This document shows positions 59,501 to 64,000 of a stretch of DNA of 64,000 bases, piece after piece. The notes under the pieces were generated by a model that was not told the origin of the DNA, did no database searches, and worked only from the letters and a program-made list of their open reading frames with translations. Both the position numbers and the translations under genes were made by a program. Origin of the DNA: Podarcis gaigeae (Eukaryota); the NCBI GenBank assembly GCA_964106915.2, contig OZ066927.1; one strand, given 5' to 3'. The number at the start of each line of letters is the position of its first letter. The first letter of the stretch is position 1.

Positions 59501-62500
59501 CTGGAAATTGTAGCTCTTAAGAAGGGGATAGAGGCGTCTCCTAACAGCCCTGAGTGCCCTTAACAAACTACAACTCTCATAATTATTTGGGGGAAGCTGC
59601 AACTGTTTGAAGTGGTGTAAGAATTCTGTGAATGTATGGCACAGATGCACTTCTGCCGTAATCAGATAAATAACCAACTGACTGGTATCACTTGCTCACA
59701 TGAGCCTTTGCCATTTACCTTGCTGAATTGTCTTTCAAAGGCCGCAGGGACCATGAAACCCCTGCCCTCGTATTGCTGCTCATGCACAACAGTTACCTGC
59801 TGCTTTTGGTTTCCATGTCAGCAATGTAGCCAACACACCATCAGTGCCAGGCAACATACCATGCAGATCTCTTAGGATTGTTATTGAGGCCTGGTTGTAG
59901 ATTCCCCCGATGGTTAAGCAAACTTCTCTCAGCCTCACTTCACTATTGCTGCAATGCAGATAAACATGGCCTCTAATCCCAAAGGGTAACAATAAATCCA
60001 AGAGAGGAATTTGGCTGTGTGTGTATGTGTGTCGAATGAACTGTAGGACTACTGCATGCTCCAAATCAGTGTTTCTCATTCTTGGGTCTCCAGCTGTTTT
60101 GGGACTACAATTCCCATCATCCCTGGCCACTGGTCCTGCTAGCTGAGGATGGTAGTTGTAGTCCCAAAACAGCTGGAGACCCAAGTTTGGGAAGCACTGC
60201 TTACCAACCTTTTGGGGCACATTTGCAAACTGGAGAAACTGTTGCGGGCACCACCACATACGCACACCACCACAATCAAGCACATGTTACAACCTATTCC
60301 ACTGGCTACAATAGAGTACTGATTTGAAGCTTAACTGTAGGGAGGGGGCCCTGTTGGGGCTAGGAAAAGCGTCTGCAGACCCAATTGCACCTGGAGGTGC
60401 CGCTTCAGTAATTCCTGAAACAGTATTTTTATTTGAGAGCTTGCAGCTTCTCAAGTTCCTTACCTGCTAAACTGTGGCTTCTCAGTGATTGACCCAGGAG
60501 GGGGTTGCATCTTTCTCTACTCCCTGTTGTTTGTTAACTGTTCAACCAGGCACAGTGTTTCAGTATGTTACCGAGGCCCCTGGAAAGTCAAGGTCCTGGG
60601 CCACTGTTATTTGAGGACTTTGCTTGTTTTTGCTGCAGTGCTTCAGGTGAGCCAGGTATTGCACAGAGCTTGGCATCAAGTAATTCAAATGATTTGACCC
60701 CTCTCTTTGGCCAAAAAAGCCTCGAGCAGCATAGAAAGATCAATAAAAGACATGACACACAAGAGGAAAAGAACAGGGAGGGAAAAAGGAAGCTCAATCC
60801 CCAGCTCTTAAAGTTACAGTTCTTCCCAAGGGCTATCTGGAATAGAAACAATTCAGGTGGCCTGATGGAACAGCTGCCACTAGGTGACAGTTGAGGCAGC
60901 TGGTTCCTCAATAGAGGTGACAAAACAACCCTTCTTCCTTTCTTTGCAACCTGACGTAATGACTGCCACTGTTGACTTTCCCAAACCAGTTAACCAACTA
61001 CTGGTTAGCAGATGCATCCAGTGTGGGGCTGAAAATGGCCATTAATGGGCTATCTGATTGTCAATCCTAAACCCTAATACCACATAGGCATCAAACAGAA
61101 TAATGTTTTTTGCCTCTCAGAAAAGGTGCTTTCTCCAGCTTGCTGTTCCTCCTATAGAAATGTAGTACCTGATACAGTACTTCCAGGACTCAGCATCCTG
61201 ACCTCAATAATCAGAAATAGGGTGGGAGGGTCAGAGTAGTCTCTGCTAGACTTTCGTTAGTAGGGAACTGCTATGAATGTATGCTGTGTGTATGCACCCT
61301 TCATCACCCTTCTCTGTTTCTCAGGATATTAACTTAAAAATGCCCAGGAATAACCAGCTCCTACACTTTGCATTCCGGGATGATAAACAATGGAAACTCC
61401 AACAGGTATGATGACTGCAAACCCGTCTTCTTGCATCTTATTTGAGCAGATTTTGTGTGCTTCTAAGTTCAAAACTCTTTTTGCCTGCTTTGGCCCAGCA
61501 TGCTGATGGGCTGCCCTTTGTGCTTTTTTCAGATCCAGGATGCAAGGAATCATGTCAACCAAGCAATCTACCTGCTTACCAACAGAGGCGCCAATTACCA
61601 GTTCAAGACAGGATGTGAGGTCCTCAAGGTGAGAATTGCGCTTGCTTCCGTTCTCCTTGGGGACAGTCACTTTTCCAGATGAGTGAACACTTCACCTGCA
61701 ACTGGAACAATTGTGGGACAGAGCTGTGGCTTGATGGCCCTGACGGGACACATGTTTAGCATGCGTCTGGTCCCAGATTCTGTCCTTTGCTCTCTTGTTA
61801 AAGGGCAAATGGTCATAGAACAGGGAAGGAAATCTACCTGGGACTTTGGAGAGCTGCTCCCAGAACAGACAGCACTGGGCTAGGCGGCACTACTGCTCTG
61901 GCTTAGTATGCAACCAGCAGAACTTTAAAGGCCTTTCTGGATCAGGCCAAATGCCCGCCTCGTCTCCAATTAAATGACTCAGAGATGCCGAGAAGCAGGG
62001 CATGAAGGCAACAGCCATTCAGTATTCAGAGGCATAACTTACCCTTACACAGAAGGGTTTTTCTTCCTTTCGATGTAGGTCACAAGAGATTTCAGACGTG
62101 TGTAATGGGATGTTAATATAGAAGGTGTAATGATGACCATTGGCTTAGATAGATTAGATAGGAAATAGAGCCTCCATGCTCAGAGGTAAAATATCTGACT
62201 TGTAAGAATCCTGGCTGTCCATAGCTGTTAATTGAATACTGGACTTTATTTATTGATACCATTTTTCAGTCCCACCTTTCAGAATGCAAATTATTCTAAG
62301 GCTGTTTAGAAGCCCACATTTTCCAAAACCTCAGTGAACGATATCCACACATAAAGTCATCAGGATCCTTCCCACAGGGCACTTGGTGGTAGAATCATCA
62401 GGGGAAAGAAGGGTGATAGTCCAGCTAGAGCCGGCCTTGGTGTGGTCTTCGCCTCCTTCCCACCTTCTCCTGGGGTCCTGCTCACGGGGCAGTTGGTGTC

Positions 62501-62885
62501 AGGGAGATTAGAGGGACCTTTGACCTAATCCAGGAAGGCAGTTTGTTTTGGGGGCAGTTTCTTGCTAAAACTCAAATGAAATGTTTCTGATGGACCCTAC
62601 GCATCAATTATGATTTGTGCATACGAAGAAAGCTCCGGGGTACCTGAGAGGCCAGGGTTATGCTTGGTTCTTGATACACTGAAAGCCATTTTGGAGTAAC
62701 GTCGTATGACTAAGACTTTTCAGCCACATCTCTAAATAAAATTGCGGGTTTCTCTCTCTGCCTTCCTCCTCCTCTCTCCACACCAGTTGATGGATGCAGT
62801 GATGCTGCAGTTGACAAGAGCTCGGAATCGGCTCACCACTCCAGCTACTTTGACTCTGCCAGAAATCGCCTCTAGTGGTGTTACG
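50256..62885 (+). CDS. ROGDI: ROGDI (protein rogdi homolog), 5' part, exons 1-7, 177 codons: join(50256-50300,55575-55646,56770-56852,59134-59188,61325-61405,61533-61628,62787-62885); continues beyond the window
   Basis: [31 protein letters not shown]...[15 protein letters not shown]...[16 protein letters not shown]...IQDARNHV...[28 protein letters not shown]. All introns GT-AG with consistent phases. Confidence 0.96.
51141..51385 (+). mobile_element. Near full-length Squam2-like tRNA SINE with (CTT)n tail
   Basis: A box TGGTGTAGTGG 51146-51156, B box GGTTCGATTCC 51190-51200, about 245 bp, tail ctcttcttctctt. Confidence 0.85.
51543..51680 (+). mobile_element. Degenerate Squam3-like SINE
   Basis: gtagctcagtagcagagcatatgctttg...aaggtcccag. 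Confidence 0.65.
52883..53178. mobile_element. hAT MITE (related copy at about 57229-57564)
   Basis: CAGGAGTAGGGAACC...GGTTCCCCATCCCTG; shares agatgcaaaagtggg and caggcaagcaa with the second copy. Confidence 0.7.
54446..54693. mobile_element. hAT (Charlie-like) MITE with an internal triplicated unit of about 27 bp
   Basis: CAGGCATATCCAAA...TTTGGACACCACTG, TSD atttagat/atttaggt (7/8). Confidence 0.8.
55292..55447 (+). mobile_element. tRNA-Ile-headed SINE with a CR1-derived 3' tail
   Basis: tagctcagttggttagag...gataacgccaa head, then gggggttggactagatga...ggtcccttccaactct (CR1 3' end). Confidence 0.8.
55575..55646 (+). CDS. ROGDI: ROGDI exon 2
   Basis: ccctgcag / gtattt, 72 nt. Confidence 0.95.
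55963..56176. mobile_element. Tigger-like MITE, same family as 15990-16204, opposite orientation
   Basis: TA|CAGTGGTACCTTGGGTTA...TAACCCAAGATACCACTG|TA; interior is reverse-complement homologous. Confidence 0.88.
56633..56707 (+). repeat. Perfect (GAA)25 microsatellite in ROGDI intron 2
   Basis: 75 nt uninterrupted, ending 62 nt before exon 3. Confidence 0.98.
56770..56852 (+). CDS. ROGDI: ROGDI exon 3 ([28 protein letters not shown])
   Basis: ttgctcag / gtacgt, 83 nt. Confidence 0.93.
59134..59188 (+). CDS. ROGDI: ROGDI exon 4
   Basis: ttttatttcag / gtgagt, 55 nt. Confidence 0.94.
59341..59637. mobile_element. Long foldback MITE (probably Harbinger-like)
   Basis: Extended inverted repeat, e.g. 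tgtagtttgttaaggg vs cccttaacaaactaca. Confidence 0.65.
60067..60199. mobile_element. Well-preserved palindromic hAT MITE
   Basis: cttgggtctccagctgttttgggactacaa and ttgtagtcccaaaacagctggagacccaag form perfect 30-bp inverted arms. Confidence 0.85.
61325..61405 (+). CDS. ROGDI: ROGDI exon 5
   Basis: tttctcag / gtatga, 81 nt. Confidence 0.95.
61533..61628 (+). CDS. ROGDI: ROGDI exon 6
   Basis: ttttttcag / gtgaga, 96 nt. Confidence 0.95.
62787..62885 (+). CDS. ROGDI: ROGDI exon 7
   Basis: ccacaccag / gtaact, 99 nt. Confidence 0.95.
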
Positions 62886-63785
62886 GTAACTGCCTTTGTC
62901 AGTCTCTCAGGAAGGGATAAGCACACACCTGCTCCAGCCCACTCAATTCTCTGTTAAGAGTAATCTTAGTTGTGCTCTAAGAAAAGTCCAGCTTTGTGTA
63001 TGCTTGCATTAAACCTGCTGTACTGTGTGAATGGCTTAGGTTTTAAGTTATTGGCAACAGCAAGGCTACAGAAGTCAAGAAGTAATAGTAATAGCAATCC
63101 TCCCACCTTGGCTTCCATCCTTCTAAACTCTGAAAGTCCTACCTACAAAGTTGCCTTTGTCTCCTGAGCTTTGAGAATTTCCTGGACATTTTTTTTAAAA
63201 AAATTGCACATCCATGAGGACTAGAATGTTGCTTGCAATATGCAGGCTCAGGGAAACCAAATCCATTCCCTAGTAATGCTTTACATGATGTGGTAAATTG
63301 TTCAGCGTTGGCAATGGGGGAGACAGGTGCGGTGGGCCCTTCTGAGGTTTCCCACCCACCAAGGAGCTGGTGGCTGCTGCTAGACGGGGGCTCCTGACAT
63401 GCTGCAGCAGACAGATTTTGCTCACACAGTTTCCTGTGACTGCATGTGATCAGAAAAGAACTGTTACAAATAGGAGCAGAGGGACTCTTTGCCCTTGGGA
63501 GCTCAGCAGTTTTGGTGAACTGGATGTTTCTGCCTCTCATTAAAATTAACAGGTGGCCCCTGATGCATTGCTCTTTGTTTAACTCCTGAAATCTTTAGGT
63601 CAGGGAGCGCCAGCCTGTCAGTGTTGACACCAAAGATGTTGATGCAGGTGGGCCAGTGGGCTTGGCCCAGTCTGCCAATTTGTATTTGCCCTGTTGAGAG
63701 ACTGGGACTTTCAGAATAGAAAAAAGATTCATCACCATCTTTGCAGCAGTGATGCAACGGTTGTAAAACGGTGGGTTGGTATTCC

Positions 63786-64000
63786 CAGGGGTGGAGGAAA
63801 GGGGGTGCGGTGGGGACAGAACACCCCGGGTGTCTTCGCTGAGGGGGGTGACATTTGGTGCGCCACCCACCCACGACTCCCAAGCCTACCCCGATCCATC
63901 GGTGGAAGGGGGGGAGCTGTGCCGCTTTGGTGGCGGCATTCCCTTCCCCCTTCGTTTTGACAGCTGGGGAAGGTTTGGGAGTCACGGGTGGGCGGCGCGC
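63786..64000. mobile_element. GC-rich hAT-like MITE, truncated by the window end
   Basis: Begins CAGGGGTGGAGG; internal hairpin cccacgactccccaagcct...aggtttgggagtcacgggtggg. Confidence 0.55.

Noticed and set aside
62886-64000. ROGDI exon 8
   Set aside because: No matching coding sequence found; presumably beyond the window end

Overview
This is vertebrate genomic DNA. The repeat content (Squam-type tRNA SINEs, CR1, L2, Penelope, many hAT and Tc1/mariner MITEs) points to a squamate, probably a lacertid lizard. The window holds the UBN1-GLYR1-ROGDI block, in the same order and orientation as human 16p13.3. It contains: (1) the 5' end of UBN1 on the minus strand, first coding exon 1759-1511; (2) a CpG-island bidirectional promoter at about 4.9-6.5 kb; (3) the complete 16-exon GLYR1/NPAC CDS on the plus strand (6051-43704, 1656 nt, 551 aa; PWWP, AT-hook, LSD2-activating linker, pseudo-dehydrogenase) with a 3' UTR of about 3.5 kb; (4) ROGDI exons 1-7 (50256-62885), running off the window. 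Almost all ORFs in the supplied track are spurious. The strongest candidates for something new are all inferences that need testing. First, a putative internal first exon in GLYR1 intron 9 (ATG-AAA-GTA-TTC-AG|GT) splices in phase to exon 10 and would give a 289-aa dehydrogenase-only isoform starting [12 protein letters not shown]. Second, two adjacent MITEs with unrelated termini share identical GC-rich palindromic internal modules. Third, a (GAA)25 tract is fused to a cryptic splice acceptor just upstream of ROGDI exon 3. I see no prokaryote-type system such as CRISPR. Gene and repeat names come from recognition, not from database searches.
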